From the NCBI GenBank assembly GCA_019659055.1, contig JAIFWV010000001.1, positions 6,123 through 70,122 on the forward strand: a stretch of DNA of 64,000 bases, given 5' to 3'. The position numbers were made by a program, and so were the translations under genes. Position 1 is the first letter of the stretch. Each line of letters opens with the position of its first letter. This stretch comes from Candidatus Doudnabacteria bacterium. Its GTDB lineage: Bacteria > Patescibacteriota > Doudnabacteria > UBA920 > O2-02-FULL-48-8. Shown piece after piece: positions 9,545-19,497 of this stretch. The notes under the pieces are model-generated. The model saw only the letters and a list, made by a program, of their open reading frames with translations. It was not told the DNA's origin and did not search any database.

Positions 9545-9597
9545 CGAACGATTGTTGGCGTTTTATGCTTTAGGTAATCATTAATATTTAAACACAT

Positions 9598-10032
9598 ATG
9601 CCAGTGGTTCCGATAAATTATTTGGCAGTGCTGGTCTGCGGTGTTGCCGCCATGCTGCTTGGGTTTCTATATTTTGGTCCGTTGTTTGGAAAATTATATT
9701 CCCGGCTCATGGGATTTGACGCTATGGATCCATTAGCGCGAGAAGAGCTCAAGAAGGGTATGGGCAAGTCATACATGATCACCTTCGTCGGTAGTTTAGT
9801 CACGGCTTGGGTTTTGGCTCACGCCATCATCTATGCGGGTAACTATATGCATTGGTCAGGGCTCACAGCTGGTCTTGCGACTGGTTTTATGAGCTGGCTC
9901 GGGTTTATGGCCACAGTAACCCTGGGCAATGTCCTCTGGGGCCGGCAATCCTGGAAGCTCTGGACCTTGAGTAATGGGCATAATCTGCTCCAGCTCTTGG
10001 TTTTCGGGGCAATTTTGGGCACCTGGAAATAG
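9598..10032 (+). CDS. DUF1761 family membrane protein
   Basis: INYLAVLV...YFGPLFGK N-terminus; 4 TM segments. Confidence 0.8.
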   Translation: MPVVPINYLAVLVCGVAAMLLGFLYFGPLFGKLYSRLMGFDAMDPLAREELKKGMGKSYMITFVGSLVTAWVLAHAIIYAGNYMHWSGLTAGLATGFMSWLGFMATVTLGNVLWGRQSWKLWTLSNGHNLLQLLVFGAILGTWK

Positions 10033-10120
10033 AACATTCCTACCAACAAGAAAAGCGGCCCATTGCCGCTTTTTGATTTTGAGAATATACTTATTGCAAG
10101 CATTAACATTTTATAAATAT

Positions 10121-10693
10121 ATGTGGATTTTATGGGTGGTTCTGGCTTTAGTACTGATCGGCGTCGGATTATATAATTCGCTCATCCGCGGCCGCAACAA
10201 AGTCGATGAGTCTTGGAGCGATATCGAAGTCCAGCTCAAACGTCGGTATGATTTGATTCCGAATTTGGTGGCCACAGTAAAGGGTTATGCAGTACACGAG
10301 CAGGGGACTTTGGACAAAGTCATAGAGGCTCGGTCCAAAGCCACAAGCATCACTATGGATCCGGACAAGCTCAACCCTGAGCAGATGCAGAAATTCCAGG
10401 CGGCACAGGGGGAATTATCCATGGCCATCGGCCGATTGTTTGCCCTCGCGGAAAACTATCCGAACCTCAAAGCCAATGAGAATTTCATGAAGCTTCATGA
10501 AGACCTCACCGACACTGAGAACAAGATCCAAGCCGCGCGCAGGTTCTACAACGGTAATGTCCGGGACTATAATACCAAGCTCCAGGTTTTCCCAACCAAT
10601 ATGTTTGCCAACCTGTTTGGGTTTACCAAGCGTGAATTCTTCGACATAGACGAGAAGGGTCCCGAAGGCCAGGCTCCAAAAGTCGAATTCTAA
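10121..10693 (+). CDS. lemA: LemA family protein
   Basis: YNSL...WSDIEVQLKRRYDLIPNLV; ENYPNLKAN; ARRFYN. Confidence 0.93.
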   Translation: MWILWVVLALVLIGVGLYNSLIRGRNKVDESWSDIEVQLKRRYDLIPNLVATVKGYAVHEQGTLDKVIEARSKATSITMDPDKLNPEQMQKFQAAQGELSMAIGRLFALAENYPNLKANENFMKLHEDLTDTENKIQAARRFYNGNVRDYNTKLQVFPTNMFANLFGFTKREFFDIDEKGPEGQAPKVEF

Positions 10694-10701
10694 GAGAGTG
10701 G

Positions 10702-11271
10702 ATGAAGCCTAATAAGAAAAAACAACTTGAAGTTCTGAAAAGGAAAATGCAGGCTGATCAAAGCCTGCCTTTTCGTAAGACCGCAAAAAATCTGGTTTTC
10801 GGAGAGGGGAGTCTAAACCCGAAAATCTACATTCTCGGTGAGGCACCGGGGCGGACGGAAGACGAAACCGGGCAGCCTTTCGTCGGCCGGTCGGGGAAAT
10901 TCCTAAGAGAACTGATTACGAGTATAGGATTCGATCCGCTCAAGGATGTTTATATCACCAGTGTCGTGCGCTTCCGTCCGCCCGAGAACAAAACCCCTAC
11001 GCCCAAGCAAGTAGCGGCTTATGAGAAATATATCAATCTTGAGCTTCAAATCATAAAACCTAAACTGATCGTAACGGTCGGTGGAGTATCTCTCAAGAAA
11101 TTCAGCCGAGAACCTATAACTAAAATTCACGCTAAACCCATGCAGGTGAGTTGGCTTGGGGCTCGATTTACGCTCGTGCCCATGTTTCATCCGGCGGCGG
11201 CATTGCGCAATCCCGCCATCAAACGGGCCATGATCAGGGATTTCCAAAAGCTCAAAGCTTTGGTAAAATGA
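10702..11271 (+). CDS. Uracil-DNA glycosylase family 4-like, lacking Cys
   Basis: VFGEG, GEAPG..ED..G.PFVGRSG, RPPEN, FHPAA motifs. Confidence 0.88.
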   Translation: MKPNKKKQLEVLKRKMQADQSLPFRKTAKNLVFGEGSLNPKIYILGEAPGRTEDETGQPFVGRSGKFLRELITSIGFDPLKDVYITSVVRFRPPENKTPTPKQVAAYEKYINLELQIIKPKLIVTVGGVSLKKFSREPITKIHAKPMQVSWLGARFTLVPMFHPAAALRNPAIKRAMIRDFQKLKALVK

Positions 11272-11275
11272 ATAC

Positions 11276-11542
11276 ATGGTAAAGCATCTGGACATTTTTG
11301 TCTTTGGAGATGTGAAGGGCGTGGGTTTCCGTGCGGCCGCGAAAGCTGTGGCTCAGAATCTGGGGATCATGGGTTATGTCCGCAACGAAGGGCGATTTGT
11401 GATTATCGAAGCGGAAGCCGAAGAGGATACACTCGATAACTTCTTGGAATGGTGCAAACAAGGCCCGGACTCGGCCAAAGTTGAGAAGGTCGATTTTAAA
11501 GAGGGGCACCTAAAAACTTTCCGCGAATTCAGCATTCTATAA
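11276..11542 (+). CDS. acyP: Acylphosphatase
   Basis: G.VKGVGFR, GYVRN, GP.SAKV motifs. Confidence 0.88.
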   Translation: MVKHLDIFVFGDVKGVGFRAAAKAVAQNLGIMGYVRNEGRFVIIEAEAEEDTLDNFLEWCKQGPDSAKVEKVDFKEGHLKTFREFSIL

Positions 11543-11560
11543 ACAATTAATAAAAGGCAA

Positions 11561-11602
11561 CCTCTCCCGGCCTGCGGCCACCCTCCCCTGAGTGGGGAGG
11601 GA
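11561..11602. repeat. REP-like palindromic element
   Basis: CCTCTCCCGGCCTGCGGCCACCCTCCCCTGAGTGGGGAGGG: two nested hairpins; single copy in window. Confidence 0.45.
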
Positions 11603-11629
11603 CAAACTGAGGTCGTCACTGGAAACAAA

Positions 11630-11959
11630 ATGGCAAAACAATCGTTAGAAACCAAAAGGCAGGTTTACATTTTCGCGTTTACGTTCCTGGGATTGCTCAT
11701 GGGTGTAGTGGTTTACGGTTTGGGTAGTCTGATCATTATTTACAAAGGTTATTTTTTGAACTTTAATTGGTACCTGGGTATTTTGCTTGCCGGCGGTACT
11801 ATCGCCGGATTTATGGAAGGCCAGCGGTGGTGGCGGATTATATACGTGGAGAAAGCTTATCTCAAATGGTCCAAAGCCAAGCACGAGACAAAACTGCTAG
11901 GGCTGGCTCTGCTGATAATTTTCACACTTGCCATAGTTTTTCTTGCACGGCAATATTAG
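11630..11959 (+). CDS. Hypothetical membrane protein
   Basis: 3 hydrophobic segments; G..WWRIIYVE. Confidence 0.7.
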   Translation: MAKQSLETKRQVYIFAFTFLGLLMGVVVYGLGSLIIIYKGYFLNFNWYLGILLAGGTIAGFMEGQRWWRIIYVEKAYLKWSKAKHETKLLGLALLIIFTLAIVFLARQY

Positions 11960-11963
11960 AAAC

Positions 11964-12419
11964 ATGAAATTAGAAAGTTCTGCATTTGAAGACGGTGGAA
12001 TGATACCCACAAAATATGCTTGCGACGGGGACAAAGTCAACCCGTCTCTTGCTTTTTTGGAGGTCCCTGCCGGCACCAAAACACTATCTCTAATAATGGA
12101 AGATCCGGATGTTCCGCGAAGTTTGCGGCCTGATGGCATGTTTGATCATTGGGTAATTTGGAATATGCCGGCAAATACCAAAGGCATCGACGAAAACTCG
12201 AAACCGCCTGGGATAGTCGGCCAAAACAGCCGCGGGACTTTGGAATATGTCCCGCCCTGCCCGCCTGACCGTGAACATAGATACTTTTTTATGCTTTACG
12301 CGCTCGATGATACCTTGCAATTGTCTCCGACTTCAAACAAGCCCGACCTCCTCAAGGCCATGATCGGCCATATAATCGATCAAGCTCAGCTTGTCGGACG
12401 TTATAACCGAAATAAATGA
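11964..12419 (+). CDS. YbhB/YbcL (PEBP/RKIP-like) protein
   Basis: YACDG..VNP, EDPDVP, FDHWVIWN, PPCPP..EHRYFF.LYALD. Confidence 0.9.
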   Translation: MKLESSAFEDGGMIPTKYACDGDKVNPSLAFLEVPAGTKTLSLIMEDPDVPRSLRPDGMFDHWVIWNMPANTKGIDENSKPPGIVGQNSRGTLEYVPPCPPDREHRYFFMLYALDDTLQLSPTSNKPDLLKAMIGHIIDQAQLVGRYNRNK

Positions 12420-13603
12420 AAAATTTTATAAAAAATCTTATCGTCGCTGTCGCGGGGATCGTCGTCCTCGGCGCCATATATTTTTATTGGCATAATTTAC
12501 GCGGACTTTTACCCGTGATAAAAAACCCGTCAGGCAATATAGCTGACATTGTCGAAGGCCAAGATCAAAATTCCACCAATTTCCCGCTCAAGCTGCCCGA
12601 TGGGTTTAGTATTGAAATCTTTGCGAAAAATCTACCTGGGGTCAGAACCATGGCCTGGGATAGTTTCGGTAACATTTGGGTCGCACGGACCTCCAAAGGA
12701 GTCGTTACAGAACTTGAGGTCAAAAATGGCAAAGTCAGTTCGCAAAATGATGTTTTTAAGAATCTAAAGAATCCACACGGCCTGGCGATCGAAGAGAGCA
12801 CCTTGTATTTAGCTGAGGAGACGAAGATCTCGAAAGTCGCTCTGTACTCAGAGGATTCTCTGCACAAACTTGTGGACCTGCCCTCTTCTGGCGGCGGTCA
12901 TTTTACCCGCACGCTAGGGTTTGGTCCCGACGGCAGGCTTTACGTTTCCATCGGTTCTTCCTGCAATGTCTGCCGGGAATCAGATGAGCGCCGCGCCGCT
13001 ATTTATTCCATGAAGAAGGACGGAACGGATTTTAAACAATACGCCAAGGGCTTGCGTAACACCGTTTTCTTTACCTGGAGTTATGTCGATGGCTCGATGT
13101 GGGGCACGGACAACGGTCGTGATCTTTTGGGCGACAATATTCCACCGGACGAAATAAACCTGCTCAAGGAAGGCGGTAATTATGGCTGGCCCAATTGTTA
13201 CGGCAACAATGTTCACGATGATAATTTCGACAAAAATACCTATATCCGCAACCCATGCATGGAGCCTTTCGAAACTCCGGCCAAAGTGGAACTTCAGGCC
13301 CACTCAGCACCGCTCGGACTCTCGTTTGTACCAGAAGAAGGATGGCCAGAAGAATATTGGTACAACCTTATCGTGGCTTTTCACGGTTCTTGGAACCGCA
13401 GCATTCCGACCGGGTACAAACTCGTTCGGATTAAATTAGATTCTAAAGGTCATTACTTGGGTACTGAAGATTTTCTTACAGGATTTCTGCAAGGAAGTTC
13501 GGCACTCGGCCGCCCAGTGGGGGTGTACGCACAGCCTGGAGGCGTAGTTTACGTCACCGATGATAAGGCTGGGGTGATATATAGAATTTTTAGAACAAAA
13601 TAA
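12416..13603 (+). CDS. PQQ-dependent sugar/sorbosone dehydrogenase, membrane-anchored beta-propeller
   Basis: FGPDGRLYVSIGSSCNVC, GLRN, DNGRD, NYGWP, AHSAPLG, HGSWNR. Confidence 0.88.
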   Translation: MKNFIKNLIVAVAGIVVLGAIYFYWHNLRGLLPVIKNPSGNIADIVEGQDQNSTNFPLKLPDGFSIEIFAKNLPGVRTMAWDSFGNIWVARTSKGVVTELEVKNGKVSSQNDVFKNLKNPHGLAIEESTLYLAEETKISKVALYSEDSLHKLVDLPSSGGGHFTRTLGFGPDGRLYVSIGSSCNVCRESDERRAAIYSMKKDGTDFKQYAKGLRNTVFFTWSYVDGSMWGTDNGRDLLGDNIPPDEINLLKEGGNYGWPNCYGNNVHDDNFDKNTYIRNPCMEPFETPAKVELQAHSAPLGLSFVPEEGWPEEYWYNLIVAFHGSWNRSIPTGYKLVRIKLDSKGHYLGTEDFLTGFLQGSSALGRPVGVYAQPGGVVYVTDDKAGVIYRIFRTK

Positions 13604-13615
13604 GCCTGGCTTCTC

Positions 13616-13676
13616 CCATCTCGACCGAAGGGAGAGATCCCTCTTTAAAAGCGATTTCTCGCTCCACTCGAAATGG
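13616..13676. repeat. REP-like imperfect palindrome, copy 1
   Basis: CCATCTCGA.CGAAG.GAGAGATCCCTC...GCGA.TTCTCGCT...CTCGAA.TGG; second copy at 33907. Confidence 0.7.
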
Positions 13677-13680
13677 TACC

Positions 13681-13753
13681 AAAACCAGGCTGCAGCTTGG
13701 TTTCTGTTTTTTTCCAGCTTCTCAGCTTCTCAGCTTCTAGATTCCAGCTTCCC
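13681..13753. repeat. AAACCAGG palindrome plus CAGCTTC tandem array, copy 1
   Basis: Near-identical element at 48073-48143. Confidence 0.7.
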
Positions 13754-13756
13754 ATC

Positions 13757-15655
13757 TTACCGTGCAATGTATATTTGCACACTTTTTTGCGCGATGATTG
13801 TACCGGTTGAGTCTTTGGCCACGTAGTTGATTATGTATGGGCCATTATTTCTCCACCACCAGCCGGAAACGTCCACCCAGGCTTCTTTGTGCGGGGTATC
13901 TGTGAAGCTATCAAACATCGGATTCAAATTTCCATTATCGACCTGCCAGTACATTTGATACTGCGAAAGAGCAAATCCTGCAAGGAGAACCTTGAAAGCT
14001 GTTGTCCCAGCAATCGTGGAGCCGTCTGTAGGCCACCAGACCTCAATATTTGCACTTACAGGAGGCGGGGGCGGGGGAGTAGGACTTGGAGTTGGGGTTG
14101 GTGTGGGCGATGGCGTAGGCGGGGCATCGGTACATGTGATCCGCGCATTGGCCCAATCTGCATGGTCTTTGGCCACGCCATTACCGCCATCAGTTACAAC
14201 CAAATTTAATTCTGTGACTTGAGTGATATTCAAACTTATAGTTTTGTTGGCAGAGTTATACCAGCGCAAACCGCTGTCATATATTTTTGTACTACCAGAA
14301 AAAACTTGGAACACCACCGAACCTCTGGCGCTAATTTCATCATCTACTCCTACCACTGCCGAAAAATTAGTACAGCCTGAGATCGTATAGGTAACTTTGG
14401 ACATCGCGTGCACGCCCAAGCCCTTGTCATAAATCGTACCATTGAGAGTTAGCTTATGTCCGTCGCCTGCGGCAGTCTCGCCGTTACTCATGTCTTTTTC
14501 GACTGGACCCCAACCATTCGTTGCAGAAATCCAAGTTATATCACTTAGGTATTTGACTTTGGAGTCTCCGGGAGGTGTTTCGACTGGCGGTGTGTCTGAG
14601 GTAAACCAGCTCTTGATGGTATTCAATGCTGGCTTACCTTGGGGTGTGAAATCAGAATTACTTGTGCCGCCTGCGTTTGGATTCGTACTCCAATCCCAAA
14701 ACTGCACACCGGCAAAATACGGATAATCTTTCCAATAATCAAACAAAGACTGGTAACCATTGATTTGTTCTTGCAAGTCTACAGGCCCGGTCATAGACCA
14801 GCTTGCTGGGTGCGTAAGTGCACAATCAACGCTCCGGTAACCGACCTCGGTAAAAATTATAGGTTTACCATATTTATCGGCAAGCGGCTTCACGCGAGAG
14901 ATGTTGATATTATTCCAAGCGGATTGTAAATCAGAAAGCGAATCATTGCAGGTACTCCCGATATGGTAATAAGCGGAGATACCTATATAATCCAGCTCAG
15001 GCCAAAATCCGATATAATCGACTTCATCGCGCCAACTGCCTATATCCCAATTGGCGGAGTAAGTAAGCTTACCAGTGTAGATACTTCGCAGGTTTGCGAT
15101 TAAATTTTTCCAGTTTTGGGTGTTGGTGCTGTTAAGGTTTTCTGAGGCCATATGGATAAGCTCTGTGCCGATCGTTATCATTTCCACGTGATTTTCCTGT
15201 GCAATAAGGCCGTAGTGATTCAATATGAGACCATAGTTTGTAAACCAGGCATTGCGATCACTGGGGTTGATATCTGCTCGCCAGGTGGTGTCGTGATTGT
15301 CCAAATGCGGCTTGAGGTTTACAGCCAGGCCCAGGGAATGTGCATAATCGACAGCGGCTTTGAGAGAGTCGTCACTTGGGGTATTGGCGCTCGGATATAG
15401 ATTAGTATCGTAGATTGTATTTTGCGAATACGGAATGATGAATGTAACATAATTTCCTCCTGTGACTTTGAACTGGTTTAGTGATTCATGAAATGATGCT
15501 GAAGAAAAATCTGTACTCGATTGGGGGACGAAACTAAATCCTTTTTGCCAGGTGCTAGTTGAAGCCTGGACCTTGGGTGAAATAAAAAGCACTCCCAGCA
15601 GCAATGCTGGAAGGAGTGCTTTTATATTCAATATGATGAGTCTACTGGCTAACAT
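13757..15655 (-). CDS. Secreted GH113-like glycoside hydrolase with NPCBM/NEW2 domain, PT linker and Trp-rich C-terminal domain
   Basis: LKPHL, IGTEL, YSANW, IGISAY, FTEVGY motifs; YLSD..W..ATNGWGPVEKD NPCBM signature. Confidence 0.8.
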   Translation of the reverse strand: MLASRLIILNIKALLPALLLGVLFISPKVQASTSTWQKGFSFVPQSSTDFSSASFHESLNQFKVTGGNYVTFIIPYSQNTIYDTNLYPSANTPSDDSLKAAVDYAHSLGLAVNLKPHLDNHDTTWRADINPSDRNAWFTNYGLILNHYGLIAQENHVEMITIGTELIHMASENLNSTNTQNWKNLIANLRSIYTGKLTYSANWDIGSWRDEVDYIGFWPELDYIGISAYYHIGSTCNDSLSDLQSAWNNINISRVKPLADKYGKPIIFTEVGYRSVDCALTHPASWSMTGPVDLQEQINGYQSLFDYWKDYPYFAGVQFWDWSTNPNAGGTSNSDFTPQGKPALNTIKSWFTSDTPPVETPPGDSKVKYLSDITWISATNGWGPVEKDMSNGETAAGDGHKLTLNGTIYDKGLGVHAMSKVTYTISGCTNFSAVVGVDDEISARGSVVFQVFSGSTKIYDSGLRWYNSANKTISLNITQVTELNLVVTDGGNGVAKDHADWANARITCTDAPPTPSPTPTPTPSPTPPPPPPVSANIEVWWPTDGSTIAGTTAFKVLLAGFALSQYQMYWQVDNGNLNPMFDSFTDTPHKEAWVDVSGWWWRNNGPYIINYVAKDSTGTIIAQKSVQIYIAR

Positions 15656-17876
15656 GGATGGTTATAGATTTCTGAGCGATAATTGCACCGCTGGCATTCT
15701 TGGCCACAAATGTAACCGTGTAATTATTATCCGATCTCCAAGTCCAGCCTGAGACATCCACGAGCGATTCTTTGTGCGGGAAATCGGCAGTACTATTGCT
15801 CATGAGGTTGAGCGTGCCGCTATCGACTTGCCAGTACATTTGATACTGCGAGACATCCAATCCGTCCACTACAGCTTTGAATGGTTGAACTCCTTGCAGA
15901 GTCGCCCCATTGTTAGGCCACCAAATATTGATAGTTCCGGAAGTGGGTGGAGGGGTTGGAGTTGGAGTCGGCGTAGGCGTCGGAGTTACATGTTGGGCCC
16001 ACGAGACTTTCGCGGTAGCATCACCAGTATTTTCATAGTACCTCACCTCCACCAGATGGTTGCCAGCTCCCAAAGGCATGGAGAAGTTGTATGTGGTCGG
16101 CGGCTGATCAACCCATTTATCCAAGACTGAGTTGCCGTCTATACTCATTCGAATTCCATCATCGGCAATGACGGTGAAATCGTATGTCGCCGCATTGAAA
16201 TTGAATGTCCCTATCCATTGGGCCGAGAAAGTATCTGCGCCAATCAAAGGATCAGGTGAACCAGCACCCCACTGGAAGTTTATCGTCGCATCGTTGCGCG
16301 CCACTTTGAAATTGGTTAAATCCGAGTTATCGAAGTAACAGCCCTTAAATGAACCGACACTTAGCGAACTGCAGGTAGTAGGCGTGGGACTTGGCGTCGG
16401 TGTGGGTGTCGGTGTTGGCGTAGGGGTGGTCGCGACGGTAAAGCTTCCGGCATTGGAATTCCAGTCATAATTCGTTGTCCATCCGGAAGAGAATACACCT
16501 ACGGCGATGCTATAGTTACCGGTTGCGGTAGGAGTCCAATTGAGACTATACGTCTTGGTCTGTCCCGCAGTGAAGGATTGACTATCCGTGAACTGCTGAG
16601 CAACCTTGGTCCCACCAGAATTATAGACTTCCACGTCCACCAAAATATTGCTCGTCGCGGCATTGCTTTTGACATTGGCATTCACGGCCAGTTGTTGATT
16701 GACCACCGGGGAAGTCGGAGTGACACTCGCATTGCTTGTGAAATTTCCAGCGGGCGGTGGAGTTGGTGTTGGACTCGGAGTCGGTGTAGGCGTGGGGGTA
16801 GGAGTCGGGGTTGGAGTTACACCTCCGGCAAAGTATCTTGCAATGACTGCTTGGGCAGGTTTGTTTTGCGGAGTGTAATCGGTATTACCCACGCCGCCGG
16901 CGTTGGGATCAGAATCCCAATCCCACAAGTTTACGCCGCCGAAGAACGACTGATTGTTCCAATATTGGAAAAGGGCTTCGTATAGATTGGCTTGCTCCGT
17001 GCCGTTGTAGCCCTTGTACCATTTGTAATCATAATTCCAAGGCTGCTGTCTGGCATCGTTGACGCTTTGGTAACCGACTTCGGTAAATTTCACAGGCTTA
17101 CCGTATTGGGTATTGAGCGGCTTGATATTGCTGTTATTCCAATTGTCCCAGCTCTGTTTGACTTCGTCGATAGATGCAGGCGACGTCGGGGTCCAGTGTT
17201 CATAGTACCCAGACACGCCAATGGTATCCAAATCGCCCCAGAATTGAATTTGGTTTGTCTCGGTGGCAAAATCTCCCGAGCCCCAGTTGGCAGAATAATT
17301 CAGTTTGATCCCGGAGTAAGATGCGCGCATGCTTGCGATGATACTCTTCCAGCGGTCGGTGTTGTCGGTGTTGATGCGGGCCGAAGTCGTGGAGATGAGC
17401 TCGGTGCCGATCGTAATCTCATCCGGTCCAGCCGCGGCTAAGCCCTTGAGCATTGTGAGGTAATTGGCAAAAAAACTATTGCGGTCTGAAGGCGCAATAT
17501 TGGCGCGCCACGTGCACAATCCGCCCCAGGTGTCGTAGGCTTGCAAATGCGGCTTTAAGTTTATCTGCATTCCGAGTGAACGGGCATACGCAATCCCGCT
17601 GGCCAAGGATGCGGCTGTGGGTGTGTTCCAGCCAGCGTCGACATTGCTTGATTGGCAATTGCTGGTGTAGTAAGGAACGATCAAACTTAGCGTGTTCGCG
17701 TTTACGGCTTTGAGATTGTTTACTGATTGCTTAAACGAATCACTTCCAAAATCGGTGGAGGATTTTGGCTCCATGCTCGCAGCTTTTTGCCAATTAGTAA
17801 TGGCGGCCTGAGCCTGCATCGTGGTTGCAAACAACAAGAGCAGGATCAAACCTGATAATTTTGCAAGAAATTTCAT
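15642..17876 (-). CDS. Secreted GH113-like glycoside hydrolase with Ig/CARDB-like domain, PA14 domain and the same C-terminal domain
   Basis: IGTEL/FTEVGY catalytic Glu pair; INFQWG.GSP...DTFSA.W...ADDGIR PA14 signature; PT linkers. Confidence 0.8.
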   Translation of the reverse strand: MKFLAKLSGLILLLLFATTMQAQAAITNWQKAASMEPKSSTDFGSDSFKQSVNNLKAVNANTLSLIVPYYTSNCQSSNVDAGWNTPTAASLASGIAYARSLGMQINLKPHLQAYDTWGGLCTWRANIAPSDRNSFFANYLTMLKGLAAAGPDEITIGTELISTTSARINTDNTDRWKSIIASMRASYSGIKLNYSANWGSGDFATETNQIQFWGDLDTIGVSGYYEHWTPTSPASIDEVKQSWDNWNNSNIKPLNTQYGKPVKFTEVGYQSVNDARQQPWNYDYKWYKGYNGTEQANLYEALFQYWNNQSFFGGVNLWDWDSDPNAGGVGNTDYTPQNKPAQAVIARYFAGGVTPTPTPTPTPTPTPSPTPTPPPAGNFTSNASVTPTSPVVNQQLAVNANVKSNAATSNILVDVEVYNSGGTKVAQQFTDSQSFTAGQTKTYSLNWTPTATGNYSIAVGVFSSGWTTNYDWNSNAGSFTVATTPTPTPTPTPTPSPTPTTCSSLSVGSFKGCYFDNSDLTNFKVARNDATINFQWGAGSPDPLIGADTFSAQWIGTFNFNAATYDFTVIADDGIRMSIDGNSVLDKWVDQPPTTYNFSMPLGAGNHLVEVRYYENTGDATAKVSWAQHVTPTPTPTPTPTPPPTSGTINIWWPNNGATLQGVQPFKAVVDGLDVSQYQMYWQVDSGTLNLMSNSTADFPHKESLVDVSGWTWRSDNNYTVTFVAKNASGAIIAQKSITIHVSQ

Positions 17877-18096
17877 ATTTGGTCTCCGGTTAAAAATATT
17901 GTATGTAGTTTTGATACCATGCAGGGGTGCAAGTGTCTATTTAGCAACTTAGCCAATGCCAGCAATGGTTTCGTTTGGGTAAAAAGACAAAAAATACAAA
18001 AGCTCCGCAACATTGCGGGCAACTTCGTCAAGGAATTGCGGAATAAAAAAAAGCCCATTTCCGGGCCTTGAACAACTCAGCTTAAAGGTGAGGTGT

Positions 18097-19017
18097 TCAG
18101 ACAAAATGCATCCGGTCCAAGTTTTTGATTCCATTGAGGAAATCACGACCGCTCATGGGATTTTTGCCTTCGGGCTGGACCTTGGTGATAAGCAGGCTAT
18201 TATCCTGCGACTTCACGGCCAAACCGTCGGCATGGCGATAGAGTTTGCCAGGCAATTCGATCTTGGATTCGTTAAGAATTTTTACTCCAAGAATTTTGAT
18301 TAGTTTGCCATCTAGGGTAGTCCAGGTGCCAGGTTCAGGATTATAGCCCCGGATGTGATTGCTAATCTCGAGCGCGGTATGGGTCCAGTCGATTTGGCCG
18401 TCAGCTTTGGTGAGAAGTTTAGTATATGTCGCAGAATCATGATTCTGAGGATTGGCCTTTATAATACCTTGCGTGTATTCGGGGAGGATATCCGCGCAAA
18501 CAAGGGCTGCAAGTTGAGAAAGCTTTTTGTAGAGGCTCGAGAAATCATCGTCAGCTGTGATTGTTATTTCTTTGGTGGCAATAATCGGACCATGGTCCAT
18601 TTTCTCGTCCATGACAATGAGGGTGATGCCAGTGCTTGTCTCGCCATTAATGAGTGCCGCTTGGATCGGCGAGGCCCCGCGGTATTTGGGAAGGATGGAG
18701 CCGTGGATATTCACCGAGCCCTTTTCCGGCAGATCCAAAATTTCTTTGGGAATAATCTGGCCATAGGCCGCCACCAGGAGGAGGTCGGGTTTGAGCTCAG
18801 AGATTTCGGGCCCCGCATCCATAATTTTTGCCGGCTGAGAGACTCGGATATTTTGCCCTTGTGCCCAGACTTTGATTGGAGAAGGGGAGAGCTGTTGTTT
18901 TCGCCCCACCGGCTTATCCGGCTGAGTGATACACAAAAGCAACTCATGCCCGTCTTGCATGAGTTTTTCCAAAGTTGGTATTCCGAATTCAGTTGTACCG
19001 GCGAATATGAATTTCAT
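18097..19017 (-). CDS. fmt: Methionyl-tRNA formyltransferase
   Basis: FAGTTEF, TQPDKPVGR, AAYG, NIHGSILPKYRGASPIQ, MDHGP. Confidence 0.96.
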   Translation of the reverse strand: MKFIFAGTTEFGIPTLEKLMQDGHELLLCITQPDKPVGRKQQLSPSPIKVWAQGQNIRVSQPAKIMDAGPEISELKPDLLLVAAYGQIIPKEILDLPEKGSVNIHGSILPKYRGASPIQAALINGETSTGITLIVMDEKMDHGPIIATKEITITADDDFSSLYKKLSQLAALVCADILPEYTQGIIKANPQNHDSATYTKLLTKADGQIDWTHTALEISNHIRGYNPEPGTWTTLDGKLIKILGVKILNESKIELPGKLYRHADGLAVKSQDNSLLITKVQPEGKNPMSGRDFLNGIKNLDRMHFV

Positions 19018-19494
19018 CTACATTTTCTCTTCTGGGTTGCCTGTGGTCTGACGGATTATTTTGGTAGTAAATAGAATTCCATCGAGGTGGTCGAGCTCAT
19101 GCTGAATCACCCGGGCCAAGAGGCCGCCTGCTTTGAATTTATTCTCCTTGCCCTCGAGGTTCATGGCCTTGACAGTGACACTTGCCGGGCGCTTGACGAT
19201 GCCAAACACTCCGGGAATGGAGAGACAGCCTTCTTCCATTTCGATCTTCTTGAGCGACTTGCGGACGATCCGCGGGTTAACCAAGGCAAACGGCGGCAAG
19301 CCAACATGCTCAAGGTTGATAATACACAAGCGGAGACTCTTGCCGATCTGCGGAGCGGCTAGCCCTATGCCATTGGCTTTCCGGCAAGCGGCGATCATCT
19401 CGACAACCAAATTCAAAATTTCCTCATTGACTGTTTTGACCAATGAGGTTTTTTGAGTAAGTATTGGATCAGGTACTTTGACTATTTTCAGCAT
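19018..19494 (-). CDS. def: Peptide deformylase
   Basis: GIGLAAPQ, EGCLS, QHELDHLDG. Confidence 0.97.
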   Translation of the reverse strand: MLKIVKVPDPILTQKTSLVKTVNEEILNLVVEMIAACRKANGIGLAAPQIGKSLRLCIINLEHVGLPPFALVNPRIVRKSLKKIEMEEGCLSIPGVFGIVKRPASVTVKAMNLEGKENKFKAGGLLARVIQHELDHLDGILFTTKIIRQTTGNPEEKM

Positions 19495-19497
19495 AAA

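Noticed and set aside
14060-16825. Tandem GGTGTT/GGAGTC-type DNA repeats
   Set aside because: They encode Pro-Thr linkers of the GH113 proteins
18355-19074. Long antisense ORFs (also 45605-46258, 56909-57502, 59762-60388, 60833-61516)
   Set aside because: Shadows of well-supported genes on the opposite strand, with no motifs
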